A DNA stretch of 64,000 bases from Nanobdellota archaeon. GTDB lineage: Archaea > Nanobdellota > Nanobdellia > Woesearchaeales > UBA583. Below, in pieces: positions 38,727 through 49,050 of the stretch. The translations under genes were made by a program, and so were the position numbers. The notes under the pieces are model-generated. The model made no database searches. It was not told the DNA's origin and saw only the letters and a program-made list of their open reading frames with translations. How positions within the stretch are numbered: the stretch's first letter is position 1; each line of letters starts with the position of its first letter. The stretch lies in the NCBI GenBank assembly GCA_048625195.1, contig JBMCRE010000001.1, positions 5,396-69,395 on the forward strand. The letters are read 5' to 3'.

Positions 38727-39974
38727 ATGAAAAAAGAATATGAAATATTAAAAGGAACTAAAGATAGTATACCTTCAAAGCAAATTAAAATTAATTTTGT
38801 ACTTGATGTTATAAGAGAACAATTTGAAAAATATGGATTTAGACCATTTGATACACCCATTATTGAATATTTAGAAACTCTTACTAATAAATATGATGAT
38901 GATGCCGAAATTGTTCAAGAAATTTTTAAGTTGAGTGATAGAGGGGATAGGAAATTGGGTTTAAGATATGATTTAACTGTTCCTCTTTGTAGATATATAT
39001 CTATAACAAAACAATTAAAGAAACCTTTTAGAAGATATCAAATAGGTAAGGTTTTTAGAGATGGTCCAATCAAGCTAGGTAGAGATAGAGAATTTATTCA
39101 ATGTGATGGAGATGTTATAGGTATTAATGGTAGAGAGATTGAAGCAGAACTTATGATTTTATTCTATGAGACATACACTAAATTGAAAATTAATGCAGTT
39201 ATTGAATTGAATAATAATAAAATATTGAGAGGAGCTTTTTTACAAGAAGGGTTTAAAGATGAAGATCTTGAAAGTTTAATTTTAAGTGTTGATAAATTAA
39301 AAAAAATAGGTTATGATAATGTTTTAAAGGAAATTAAAACAAAAGGGTTTGATGAACAAAAGATTAGAAAATCGTTAGAGATTCTTGGTTGTAAAAAAAT
39401 AATTGAAATTAAAAAGTTAGCAAAAAATAAAATTTTAAAAGAAGGTATTGATGAGTTAGAACAATTAATTTCTTTGATAAAACCTTTTGTAGATTATAGA
39501 ATTAATTTTTCTATGTCAAGAGGGTTAAATATTTATACAGGAAATATTTGGGAAGCATATATGAAAGATGAAAAAATATTGTCTTCTATTGGTTCTGGAG
39601 GACGATATGATAATGTAATTGGTGAGTTTCAAGGAACTGGTGATGTAGTTGATGCAGTTGGTATATCTTTTGGGTTAGTTCCTATTTTAAATGGATTAGA
39701 TGATGATAAGATTATTGAGAAAGAAACTTTAACTGATTTATTAGTTATGCCTCTTGATTCTAACTGTGTAATTAAATGCTTTGAGTTAGTAAAGAAGTTA
39801 AGAGAAAATAAAAATGTTGAGTTGTTTTATGGAAACAAAGTTAAACAAGCGTTTAGTTATGCTGAATCTTTAAAGATTAAAGAAATTGCTTTTATTGGTG
39901 AAAAGGAAATAGAAAATAAGAAGTTTAAAATAAAAAATATTCAAACTGGTGTTGAAAGAGAATATGAAATGTGA
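38727..39974 (+). CDS. hisS: Histidine--tRNA ligase
   Basis: KGTKD, LRYDLTVPL, RRYQIGKVFRDGP...GRDREFIQCD, RGLNIYTG, GSGGRYD, AVGISFG. Confidence 0.96.
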   Translation: MKKEYEILKGTKDSIPSKQIKINFVLDVIREQFEKYGFRPFDTPIIEYLETLTNKYDDDAEIVQEIFKLSDRGDRKLGLRYDLTVPLCRYISITKQLKKPFRRYQIGKVFRDGPIKLGRDREFIQCDGDVIGINGREIEAELMILFYETYTKLKINAVIELNNNKILRGAFLQEGFKDEDLESLILSVDKLKKIGYDNVLKEIKTKGFDEQKIRKSLEILGCKKIIEIKKLAKNKILKEGIDELEQLISLIKPFVDYRINFSMSRGLNIYTGNIWEAYMKDEKILSSIGSGGRYDNVIGEFQGTGDVVDAVGISFGLVPILNGLDDDKIIEKETLTDLLVMPLDSNCVIKCFELVKKLRENKNVELFYGNKVKQAFSYAESLKIKEIAFIGEKEIENKKFKIKNIQTGVEREYEM

Positions 39975-40330
39975 ATATTTACTCTTTATTAATTATCATT
40001 GTTACCATATTTCTATTAAATTCTTATATTTTAAAATAATTTTTTGTTGGTTTTTAAATAATGTTTCATACTCCTGAGCTACTTTTATTCTTAAGTTAAG
40101 GTATTTTTGGTAAATTTATTGATTTGGAATTTATAGCTATTGATATTTCTTTTTTTATAAATTATTTTATAGTTTATAAATTATAAATATTAGTATATAA
40201 AAATTATAATAAATCCTACGCTATACTTGTAGAATATCAATTGATTTAAACTGTATTATAAAAATGAATTAAATTTTAATTTTTGTTTTTATAATTGCAA
40301 AATTAAGTATTATAATAATAATTATTATTA

Positions 40331-41899
40331 TTAATTCTTTGCAACTTCTACAATAGGTTTTCTTCTTGAATTTGTCTCAAAACTCTCAATAATGATATCT
40401 GCCTCTTCTTGGTTTGCAGTTATAAAAGAAAATTTATCACAAACTTTTATATCTTGTAGAGATGTTAATTTACTATTTGTATTTCTTTCTAAAAATTTAA
40501 TTAAACTTTTTTCATTGATTTTATCAATTTGTCCTTTTGCAATAAATAGTCTAACATTTTTATTAGATGTTTTATTTTTCTTAGTTGTATTATTTTTATC
40601 TGAGATATTATTATTCTTATTTTCAAGCTTTTCTAACAATGCATTAATTATTTTTGATGAATCATGTTGCTCTAATAGTTTTTTAGTTAATTGTGTATAT
40701 TGATTAGAACTATTTTTTAAAATTATATTTTCAATTTCTTCATTAAATCTTTTTTCTTTTTTTATATCTAATTCTTTTTGAGATGGTAAATTGCTTTTTT
40801 GAAGTTTTACTTTTAATGTTTTTTCTATTAATGAAATTTTTCTACTTTCTGCTGGAGTTACTAAGGATATTGCCTTTCCTTTATTGCCTGCTCTTCCTGT
40901 TCTACCAACTCTATGAGTATATGTTTCAATATCATCTGGTAAGTTGTAATTAATTATATGAGATAAATTCTCAACATCTATTCCTCTTGCAGCAACATCT
41001 GTTGCAACTAGTATGTTTAATCTTTGTTCTTTAAATTTTTTTAATATTCTTTCTCTTTTATTTTGCATTATATCACCATGAATAAAGTCAACATTATGCT
41101 TAGTTTTTCTTAGAGCAGATGCTACTTTTTCAACATCAACTTTTGTTCTACAAAAAATAATACCATAAAAAAAATTATCTATATCTATAATTGTGCTTAA
41201 AGTGTCAAATTTATCTGACTGTTTTGCAACATAAAAACTATGTTCAATTAAATTGTTAATTTTTTGTTCATTTGCAATTTCAATGATTTTTTGATTTTTC
41301 ATATATTTTTTAGATAAAGTTTTTATTCTTTGAGGCATTGTAGCTGAAAATAAATATACTTTTTTTTCTTTTGCTGATGATTTTAATACAAATTCTATAT
41401 CTTCAATAAATCCCATTTTAAGCATTTCGTCTGCTTCATCTAAAATGAAATACTTTGCATCGTTTAAAATTAATTTTTTTCTTTTTAATAAATCAACAAC
41501 TCTTCCTGGAGTTCCAACTACAATGTCTATACCTCTTTCTAAGGATCTGATTTGATTAGTAATGGGAGAACCTCCATAAACTGTTAAAATTTTTAGTTTT
41601 TTTTTTGCACTAAATATTTCTAATTCTGAAGAGACTTGCAAAGCAAGTTCTCTGGTAGGGGCTAATATGATTGCTTTTGGAATTTTATTTTTTGCATTTA
41701 TTAAATCTATTAAGGGTAATCCAAATGCACCTGTTTTTCCTGTGCCGGTTTGAGCTATTCCTATTATATCATATTTTTGTTCAAAAATAATTGGTATTAT
41801 TTTCTCTTGTACTTGTGTGGGTATTTTAAAGCCTTTTTGTGATATTACGCTTAAAGTTTCTTTACTTAAATTTAAATTTTCAAATTTTATTTGTTCCAT
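40331..41899 (-). CDS. DEAD-box RNA helicase (DeaD/CshA-like, C-terminal DbpA-type RNA-binding domain)
   Basis: AQTGTGKT, PTRELA, TPGR, DEAD, SAT, ARGID, HRVGRTGRAG; C-terminal RLFIAKG...DKFSFI. Confidence 0.95.
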   Translation of the reverse strand: MEQIKFENLNLSKETLSVISQKGFKIPTQVQEKIIPIIFEQKYDIIGIAQTGTGKTGAFGLPLIDLINAKNKIPKAIILAPTRELALQVSSELEIFSAKKKLKILTVYGGSPITNQIRSLERGIDIVVGTPGRVVDLLKRKKLILNDAKYFILDEADEMLKMGFIEDIEFVLKSSAKEKKVYLFSATMPQRIKTLSKKYMKNQKIIEIANEQKINNLIEHSFYVAKQSDKFDTLSTIIDIDNFFYGIIFCRTKVDVEKVASALRKTKHNVDFIHGDIMQNKRERILKKFKEQRLNILVATDVAARGIDVENLSHIINYNLPDDIETYTHRVGRTGRAGNKGKAISLVTPAESRKISLIEKTLKVKLQKSNLPSQKELDIKKEKRFNEEIENIILKNSSNQYTQLTKKLLEQHDSSKIINALLEKLENKNNNISDKNNTTKKNKTSNKNVRLFIAKGQIDKINEKSLIKFLERNTNSKLTSLQDIKVCDKFSFITANQEEADIIIESFETNSRRKPIVEVAKN

Positions 41900-42212
41900 A
41901 TTTTATTTTATATTTTTATAAGAATTAATCAATAAAAGTTAAAAGTGATGTTCTTATTTTGATAAACTCTATATAAGAGAATATTATTGACTTTTTAAAA
42001 GTTTATATAATAAATTTTGTAAAATCTAATAATTTACTGTTGTAATTATTCTAGAATTAAGTTTTAAAGTGTTTAATGTTATAAATTTAACGTTTTTTAC
42101 TTTTAACTTGATATTTAATTTTAGAAATTGTCGTATTTTCTTTTATCTTAAATTATTTACAATTTTAATACTTTATTATTGTTATTTCTATGTTAGAATT
42201 CTTTAACATGCT

Positions 42213-42356
42213 TTAATTGTTTTTTGATTTTTTAAAACATTCACTACAAAATAATTTTTTGCCTTCTATTGGTAAAAATGGTACTTGAGTGTCTGCTCCA
42301 CATTGAGTGCATTTAGCTTTGTAATATGTATTTTGTGAATTGTTATATTTATCCAT
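42213..42356 (-). CDS. CxxC-x17-CxxC zinc-ribbon protein (47 aa), not in ORF track
   Basis: MDKYNNSQNTYYKAKCTQCGADTQVPFLPIEGKKLFCSECFKKSKNN*: exact CxxC-x17-CxxC spacing with VPF.P. Confidence 0.88.
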   Translation of the reverse strand: MDKYNNSQNTYYKAKCTQCGADTQVPFLPIEGKKLFCSECFKKSKNN

Positions 42357-42477
42357 TTTTTTGTTTTTAGTTAATATTAATTAAATATTTCTTTTTATAT
42401 GTTGTATTGTAAATATATTTTAATATTAGTTACTTATAAATTTTTATTTTTAATATTTTTAAAAAAATAAAAAAAAT

Positions 42478-42831
42478 TTATAAATCTCTTGCAGAAATTG
42501 TTTTTCTGTTATTTGCTTGAGCTCTTTTTTCTGCTTGTTTAATCATATCAATTAATACTTCATTTAAATGACTTGCAAAATCACCTGAAATATTCATTCC
42601 AGAAACAATATCTTTTACTTTTGATTTTACAATTAACATAACTTTTGAGTTTGTTTTTCCAATGAAAACATCTTTTCCTTGAATAGTTTTTCTATTGTTT
42701 GATTCTGCTCTTTTAGATGCTTTTTCTACTAATGCTACTGCAGCTTCGTTTAGTTCAGCTGTAAAGTCACCTGAAACATTAACATCTTTTACTACTTCTT
42801 TAATTTTTGATTTTACTACAATCATTTCCAT
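42478..42831 (-). CDS. Tandem histone-fold doublet (two minimal face-to-face/DUF1931-like histone units)
   Basis: Two ~55-aa repeats (IVVKSKIKE..NVSGDF...KRAESNNRKTIQGKDV and LIVKSKVKD..NISGDF...KRAQANNRKTISARDL), each with the RKT-x4-D-[VL] histone motif. Confidence 0.85.
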   Translation of the reverse strand: MEMIVVKSKIKEVVKDVNVSGDFTAELNEAAVALVEKASKRAESNNRKTIQGKDVFIGKTNSKVMLIVKSKVKDIVSGMNISGDFASHLNEVLIDMIKQAEKRAQANNRKTISARDL

Positions 42832-42947
42832 TTTTTATTTTATTTTAAGGTATTATTACCTGTACTTTAAATTCAAAATGCTGTATTTATAAAACTTTCG
42901 AGTAAATTGCAAATAAAAAGCAATAAATGGAGCTAAAACTGTCTTTT

Positions 42948-43628
42948 TTATGATTTTTCACCTTTATCAAAACCATTGAGTAAATCGTTTAATACAGCTT
43001 TTATATTATTAACTTTAATTACTCCTGATGCAACTAAAATACCTTTTGCTCCTAATTGTATAGCTATTTTTACATCATTTTGATTTTTGATTCCTGCACC
43101 TACTAAAAGAGGTATTGAACCTGCTTGTTTTACTGATTTTATGATTAATTCTGGGTTTGCAGTTGTGATAGAGATGTCTCCTCCAATTAATTCTTTTGGT
43201 TCTACTGCTATAAAATCAGGATTATATTGAGATATTTTTTTAATTACTTTGTGATTTCGTGCACATAAACAAACTTCTAAATCTGCACGCTTTGCAAATT
43301 CTACTCTACTTTTGATTTCTTTATAATTATAAGTTAAATTATGTTCGCTATGGTTTATTAGTGTTCCACTAACTAGACAATCTTTTAAAGCCAAAGGAAC
43401 TATATATCCTGTATGTGCTCCAAAATCCATATTATCAATATGTTGAGAATATGTCTTAACACCTACCTTACTAACCTCTCTTAGATCGATATATGAAGGA
43501 CATAAGATTATTTCTACTCCTAAGTTTTGAGCTTTTTTTTCTAGTTGTTTGCATATTCGTGCAATTTTTATAGCATTACTTCCTAATGATTCTTTATATG
43601 TTTTTAAGTTAATTATTAATTTATACAT
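42948..43628 (-). CDS. tpiA: Triosephosphate isomerase (archaeal type)
   Basis: INLKTY, SQHID, GAHTG, LINHSEH, AVEPKELIG, VGAGI, GILVASG. Confidence 0.96.
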   Translation of the reverse strand: MYKLIINLKTYKESLGSNAIKIARICKQLEKKAQNLGVEIILCPSYIDLREVSKVGVKTYSQHIDNMDFGAHTGYIVPLALKDCLVSGTLINHSEHNLTYNYKEIKSRVEFAKRADLEVCLCARNHKVIKKISQYNPDFIAVEPKELIGGDISITTANPELIIKSVKQAGSIPLLVGAGIKNQNDVKIAIQLGAKGILVASGVIKVNNIKAVLNDLLNGFDKGEKS

Positions 43629-44022
43629 GATTATAGTAAAATTTTATTACTATATAAAAATTTGTAATTACAATATAAAAATTATTATTATTTGTTGATA
43701 TGTAAATTTTTGTTTAAATCTATTTATCCCTTTGTTACTACTGAATTGTTTATATTTATTTTTGTGAGTATTTAAATTTTAATTTTTAGTTAATTTTTTA
43801 TATTAAGTAAATAGATGATTTTATAATTAAAATAATGTTAAATTGCTAAATTTGTAAAAAAACAAGTTGGTTAAATTCTTAGAATACAAGTATTAGTTAA
43901 TATCTTTTGCTTTTAATTATTTTATTTATTAAATTATATTCTAATATTTTGGTAATTGATTTTAAAAGTTATTGAATTTTTAAAATTATCTTAATAGATT
44001 AAACTAACTATGAATCATTTTA

Positions 44023-44976
44023 TTAGATAAAAACACTTGTTAAATAAATAAAATATAATATTAACATAATGATTGCGTGTCTTTTTGTTATCTTTTTTTT
44101 CTTTAAATAAAAAATAAAAATTATAACTGAAGTAATTAAGAAGAAAATACTTAAATAATAAGATGAATTTTGAAAAGAAAATTTATGTATAAGGGTTGAA
44201 AAACCAACTATTAATAATATATTGGATATATTACTTCCAATAATATTTCCTATTGCAATATCAAATTCTTTTTTTTTTGCACTTGTATATGTAACTACTG
44301 CCTCAGGTAGAGAAGTTGCAAAAGCAAGTGTTGTTAGAGTTAAATATTCTATAGGTATAGTTAATAATAATCCTAATTGTTCTATAGAATATATAACACC
44401 TTTTGCAGATAAATTCAGTACTATTATACTTATTAATAAAATGATTAATAATATTATTGTAGATTTTTTTTTTGTTTTAGTTTTTATTTCATTAACTTCT
44501 TGAATTATTTTATCTTTCTTGTTATTTTTAATTGTTCTATATATATAATATATGTAAATGATTATTAAAATGAATCCTATTATTTGATATATTTGATTTG
44601 CTATAGTAATGTATGATAAAATTAGTGTTGAGAGTATTAAAATGTAGATATCATATTTTTTAAAATTAATTTTTAAATTTTTAGAAAATAAAATTAAAAT
44701 TGGAAATACTAAAAGAATATTAGCTATATTACTTCCAATTACTGTTCCAAAAACAAAAGCAGATGGTTCAATAATTGTAAAAGTTGCAATTATTACAGTT
44801 ATTAATTCTGGAAATGATGTTCCTATTGCAACAATGGTAATTCCAATGATAAATTTATTTAAACCTATTTTTTCTCCTAATTGTGATGAACTTGAAATAA
44901 AGTAATCAGAAGATTTAATTAAAAAATAAAAACTCAAACACATTAAAAAAATATAAAGAGATAAAATTAATATCAT
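44023..44976 (-). CDS. Cation/Ca2+ exchanger (YrbG-like Na+/Ca2+ antiporter)
   Basis: Two alpha repeats: GTSFPE...GSNIAN and ATSLPE...GNIIGSNISN. Confidence 0.92.
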   Translation of the reverse strand: MILILSLYIFLMCLSFYFLIKSSDYFISSSSQLGEKIGLNKFIIGITIVAIGTSFPELITVIIATFTIIEPSAFVFGTVIGSNIANILLVFPILILFSKNLKINFKKYDIYILILSTLILSYITIANQIYQIIGFILIIIYIYYIYRTIKNNKKDKIIQEVNEIKTKTKKKSTIILLIILLISIIVLNLSAKGVIYSIEQLGLLLTIPIEYLTLTTLAFATSLPEAVVTYTSAKKKEFDIAIGNIIGSNISNILLIVGFSTLIHKFSFQNSSYYLSIFFLITSVIIFIFYLKKKKITKRHAIIMLILYFIYLTSVFI

Positions 44977-45048
44977 AATAGGTATAGTTTGAAATTGTTT
45001 TTAAAAGTTTTGATATAATAAAATAAAAATAAAAATAATATGGTAAAA

Positions 45049-45801
45049 CTATGGTTGCCAAGGACCAGGTGCAATAACAGTTGTTGGTGTTTCCATTTGA
45101 TTAGTTACAGTACTTGCACCACCGTGTCCACTACTTGAACCACTAGAGATATTTTTCTCAATTATGGTTTTCTTACTTGATGAATCACTTTTACCTGCAC
45201 TGTATCCTAATATTGAAGTCCATAATGCAATAGATGTTGCATCTGATGCTTTTGCAGAAATAAGAGTATCTTCAATACCTTTAATTGCTGCATAGGTTCT
45301 AACTTGAGTTGCTAAAACAGGCATACTATTTTGATATTGTTCCACTAAACTTAAAGCTGCATTATATTTTGATTCCCAAGAGTGATTAGGACTAGTAATA
45401 ACGCTATTGTTTAAGGCTTTAACTGGTTGTCCCATCATTGCATTTGCTTGAACTAATTCAATAACTGTATCTAAACCTTGTTTATAACCTGCGATTTCTT
45501 GAGTTGGTATGTTTTCACTTTCTGGAACTTTATATCCATTTCTGATTAATCCTTCCCAGAAATCTTTAAAGTATTGCATTGCTTTGTTTTCTTTTTCTTT
45601 TGGAACTACTTGATAATCACTTTTTCTTAAATTGTATGCTTGGTTACCAACAATATTTTGTGTATGTTGTGTTTGTGATAACATAGAATCTCTTATTGCT
45701 TTATTTGATGTTTGTATTGTTGCACCTTTATTTCCACATCCTGTACCCATAGATAAAGCTGCAAGTAATAATCCTGTACCTATTAATGTTGATTTTTTCA
45801 T
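45049..45801 (-). CDS. Putative lipoprotein of unknown function
   Basis: MKKSTLIGTGLLLAALSMGTGC lipobox-like Cys22; S/G/T-rich C-terminal tail; ATGA overlap with the upstream gene and GGAGG SD. Confidence 0.65.
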   Translation of the reverse strand: MKKSTLIGTGLLLAALSMGTGCGNKGATIQTSNKAIRDSMLSQTQHTQNIVGNQAYNLRKSDYQVVPKEKENKAMQYFKDFWEGLIRNGYKVPESENIPTQEIAGYKQGLDTVIELVQANAMMGQPVKALNNSVITSPNHSWESKYNAALSLVEQYQNSMPVLATQVRTYAAIKGIEDTLISAKASDATSIALWTSILGYSAGKSDSSSKKTIIEKNISSGSSSGHGGASTVTNQMETPTTVIAPGPWQP

Positions 45802-47063
45802 TCTTTATTCCCTCCTAATTCTTGATTTATAATACTATAAACTTGATTTTCATATTCTGATAAATTTTGGTCTACTCTTTGATTTAATATTGCTTGACCT
45901 GTTTTAATACCATTATCGGTTAAATCATGTTGTGTTCCGTCATATCCTGTAATACTACCTTGTAAAATAGTATTAATTGGTAAAACTATTCTTGCTAATG
46001 CGTTGTCTGCTAAAAAGCCTCTTAATTGATCTCTTTCAATAAAAGCTGAAACATCTACTAAATAACCATTACCTAAGTTTTGATTTTCATAAAAATGTCT
46101 TGCAACAGATTCATGAATTGCATGATATGTTATTGCATCATGTAGTAAAGCTGGTGTTAGTTCTTCTCTTTGATCTTCATATAAAATTTCCTTTCCCAAT
46201 ATATTTTCTAAGTCTGAAAGTTTTATTGCAGAAATTCCTACATTCTCATGTGTCATTCCGTTTAAATTTGCATCATGTATTGCTTTCATATATGAATTAA
46301 CCAACTGAGTTTGTCCTTTACCATTTGGTCTATATAGTCCTGTAGTAATAAAATCTAAAAAAACTGATTCTGGTTTTACTTTATTTGCTTTATTAAATAG
46401 TAATTCATCTTGGTGTATAACTGTAGAGTCATATACTGAAAAATTGTTGTTGTCGTTTTTTTCTATTTTGGATATATGACCATTAAAATTTTGTGGAAAA
46501 TATAAAATATCTCCTTGAAATTGTCTAGTAGATGTTTTTGTAGATTGTTTTGGAATAGTTTGAGGTGTTTTTTTTGATTTTTCTGAAATTTCAGTTTCTA
46601 ATTTGGATTCTTTTGATGTTTCTTGAACTCCTGGTATTACTCCTATTTGATTTGTTTGGGGGTTATAAACTAATCTGTTATTACCTACTACTGGAAAATT
46701 ATTATGCCCTTCTCTAAAAGGATTTTTTGCTGTTGCAAAGTTATTAGATTCTTGTAGAGAGAGTTTTCCATCTTTATTTCCTCTAAATTTATCAATTAAA
46801 TATTCTATATCAATATTTGATTTATATGCGCTATGTGCATCAGAGCCTTTTTTAACAGTAAATGGAATAGTTATTTTATCTTGTATGTTTTCATGAAATA
46901 CTGGTTGTTTTTCAACTACTTGTTGAGTAGTTTTTTGGGGTTCTTGAAAAACTGATGCAATCTCTTTTCCACTTGCTCCTGACCATGCTTGCAATGCAGG
47001 AAAGATTGTTAATGCTCCTGCGAGTCCTAATGTTGCAATTTTTTTTTTTAATTTATTTACCAT
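45798..47063 (-). CDS. Secreted protein of unknown function
   Basis: Sec-type signal MVNKLKKKIATLGLAGALTIFPALQA; EF-hand-like loop NKDGKLSLQE. Confidence 0.65.
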   Translation of the reverse strand: MVNKLKKKIATLGLAGALTIFPALQAWSGASGKEIASVFQEPQKTTQQVVEKQPVFHENIQDKITIPFTVKKGSDAHSAYKSNIDIEYLIDKFRGNKDGKLSLQESNNFATAKNPFREGHNNFPVVGNNRLVYNPQTNQIGVIPGVQETSKESKLETEISEKSKKTPQTIPKQSTKTSTRQFQGDILYFPQNFNGHISKIEKNDNNNFSVYDSTVIHQDELLFNKANKVKPESVFLDFITTGLYRPNGKGQTQLVNSYMKAIHDANLNGMTHENVGISAIKLSDLENILGKEILYEDQREELTPALLHDAITYHAIHESVARHFYENQNLGNGYLVDVSAFIERDQLRGFLADNALARIVLPINTILQGSITGYDGTQHDLTDNGIKTGQAILNQRVDQNLSEYENQVYSIINQELGGNKE

Positions 47064-47132
47064 TTTTTTTAATAATAATATTATTATATCTTTTTATTTA
47101 TAAACTTTTTGCTTGTCTTCACTAATAAATAA

Positions 47133-47978
47133 TTAATTTTTATTTATGATTTCTTTAAAGTCTTTTTCTAATGTCAAAAGCATTGCATATCCTTTATCAT
47201 TAGTAGGTTTAAATGTTGATTTTAATTGATTAACATAACTAGATAATCCTTTTTTATCTGTATTTTTTGAAAAATATGAGTCTACTGCAAGTTCAAATAA
47301 TGTTTGAATATTCATATTGTTAGGAGATGTATCTTCTTTGTGATATGCTGTAATAATTTTATCAAATGCCTCACCTAAAGGCATTGAAGTATTAAATAAC
47401 GATACTTGATTTGTTTTTGTATTATAAGTTAGAGTTTCATTTTTACTGCTAATTAAAACTGGATATTTAATAGGAGTTCCATTATAGTCTTGCATAGATT
47501 TTCTATCTAAAAAATGATTTTGTTTATTTAATCTTGATTCTAAACTGCTTATTGCTTCACTTGTTTTGTTTTCAATATTTTTAATCGAATTTGACAAATT
47601 AGCTTCCAAAGATTCAAATCGTTGAGAATCTAATTGACTTTGTACTACTTGAGGCGCATGAAATTCATTTTGCATATCTTTTATTTGTTTAGATTGAGAG
47701 ATATTTAATAATAAAAAATATCCTATAGATGAATATATTAATACTTCTTTTAAAGGAATGTTAGAAAAATTAATATTAGGAATTTTAACATTAGATATAT
47801 AATCTTTCCATTTAAAAAATGATGGTAATTGAAATTGTGACTTTGAAGTATTTATGTTTTGACTATTAGACTCTTCCTCTTTATAAGTAATTGCTGGAGA
47901 TTCTAATGCAGCTTTTATCTTTCTTAACTTTCTTTGTTCTTTAGTTTCTGGGTTAACTTTAAATATATTTAATTCCAT
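47133..47978 (-). CDS. Single-TM coiled-coil protein with unrecognised C-terminal domain (paralog of 48162-48830)
   Basis: TM VLIYSSIGYFLLL, coiled coil, C-terminal ~100 aa alignable by eye to the neighbouring ORF. Confidence 0.65.
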   Translation of the reverse strand: MELNIFKVNPETKEQRKLRKIKAALESPAITYKEEESNSQNINTSKSQFQLPSFFKWKDYISNVKIPNINFSNIPLKEVLIYSSIGYFLLLNISQSKQIKDMQNEFHAPQVVQSQLDSQRFESLEANLSNSIKNIENKTSEAISSLESRLNKQNHFLDRKSMQDYNGTPIKYPVLISSKNETLTYNTKTNQVSLFNTSMPLGEAFDKIITAYHKEDTSPNNMNIQTLFELAVDSYFSKNTDKKGLSSYVNQLKSTFKPTNDKGYAMLLTLEKDFKEIINKN

Positions 47979-48161
47979 TTTTTATTTATTATATACTTAT
48001 TATTAATATTTATTTATAAATCTTTTCTTATTTTTCACTGTTTAGTAATTAAATTTAATTACAATAAGTGGTAGTGATGAGTTGTTTTTATTTGTAACTA
48101 CTGCCAAGGTGTTACTTTCGATAGGTTTATAAATTACTAATTATTAATAATCTTAAAGAAA

Positions 48162-48830
48162 ATGGGAATTATTAATGAAAACACTGTGAATAAATATAAT
48201 AATGCATTTAATGGAAATTCTAAAGCACAATTAATCAAAAAAGGTTTAATATATGGATTAAGTCTACTTGTTTTAAGTGGAGGAATGTATGGTATTAATA
48301 AAAATAAAAATAATATATCATCAAATTCTAGTCAAGTTGAATTCCTTAAACAACGACAAAATGTACACAAACACAATTTAGAATCTCTAATTGATGATAT
48401 TCAAACTAATGTTGATAATATAGTAGAACAATCTTCTCAACCTCAAAGTTATCTGGAGAAATATCTTGTAGACAATAAAAACAGGTCTAATTATAACTTT
48501 GACATATTTATAGATGATGACTCTCAAAAATTATTAATGACTTATGATAAAAATAATAATCTTATTAAAATAGGTGAAAAAAGCATAAAATTAGATGAAT
48601 TTTTAAATCTTTCATTAGATAATTATTTAAAAAGTGCTCAAAATCAAACTCCTGGAGAGAAAAATACATATACTTTATTTCAATTAATGGCTTTAGGATT
48701 GGATAATAAAAATATCTCTCATAAAGAATTAGATCTATATTTATCAAAACTAGATCAAATATATAAAAAAAACAGCGATAATGGTTTTGATGCTTATCAA
48801 AATTTAAAATTTCAATTAAATAATTTATAA
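48162..48830 (+). CDS. Single-TM coiled-coil protein with unrecognised C-terminal domain (paralog of 47133-47978)
   Basis: TM GLIYGLSLLVLSGGMYGI, coiled coil, shared C-terminal domain. Confidence 0.65.
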   Translation: MGIINENTVNKYNNAFNGNSKAQLIKKGLIYGLSLLVLSGGMYGINKNKNNISSNSSQVEFLKQRQNVHKHNLESLIDDIQTNVDNIVEQSSQPQSYLEKYLVDNKNRSNYNFDIFIDDDSQKLLMTYDKNNNLIKIGEKSIKLDEFLNLSLDNYLKSAQNQTPGEKNTYTLFQLMALGLDNKNISHKELDLYLSKLDQIYKKNSDNGFDAYQNLKFQLNNL

Positions 48831-49050
48831 TTATTATGATTATATATTAAAAAAATATATTAAAATCATCTTTATTTTATCTTATTATAAGTTTCTTAAC
48901 TCCTTATTAATAATAATTAATCATTTTAAATCTGTTCAATATTATATTATATAATGGTGTTTAAGAATAGAGTATAATCTTAAATATATATAAAAATGTA
49001 GGAATTATTATTTAATTTGGAATTTAAATAATAATTAGAATTTATAAAAA

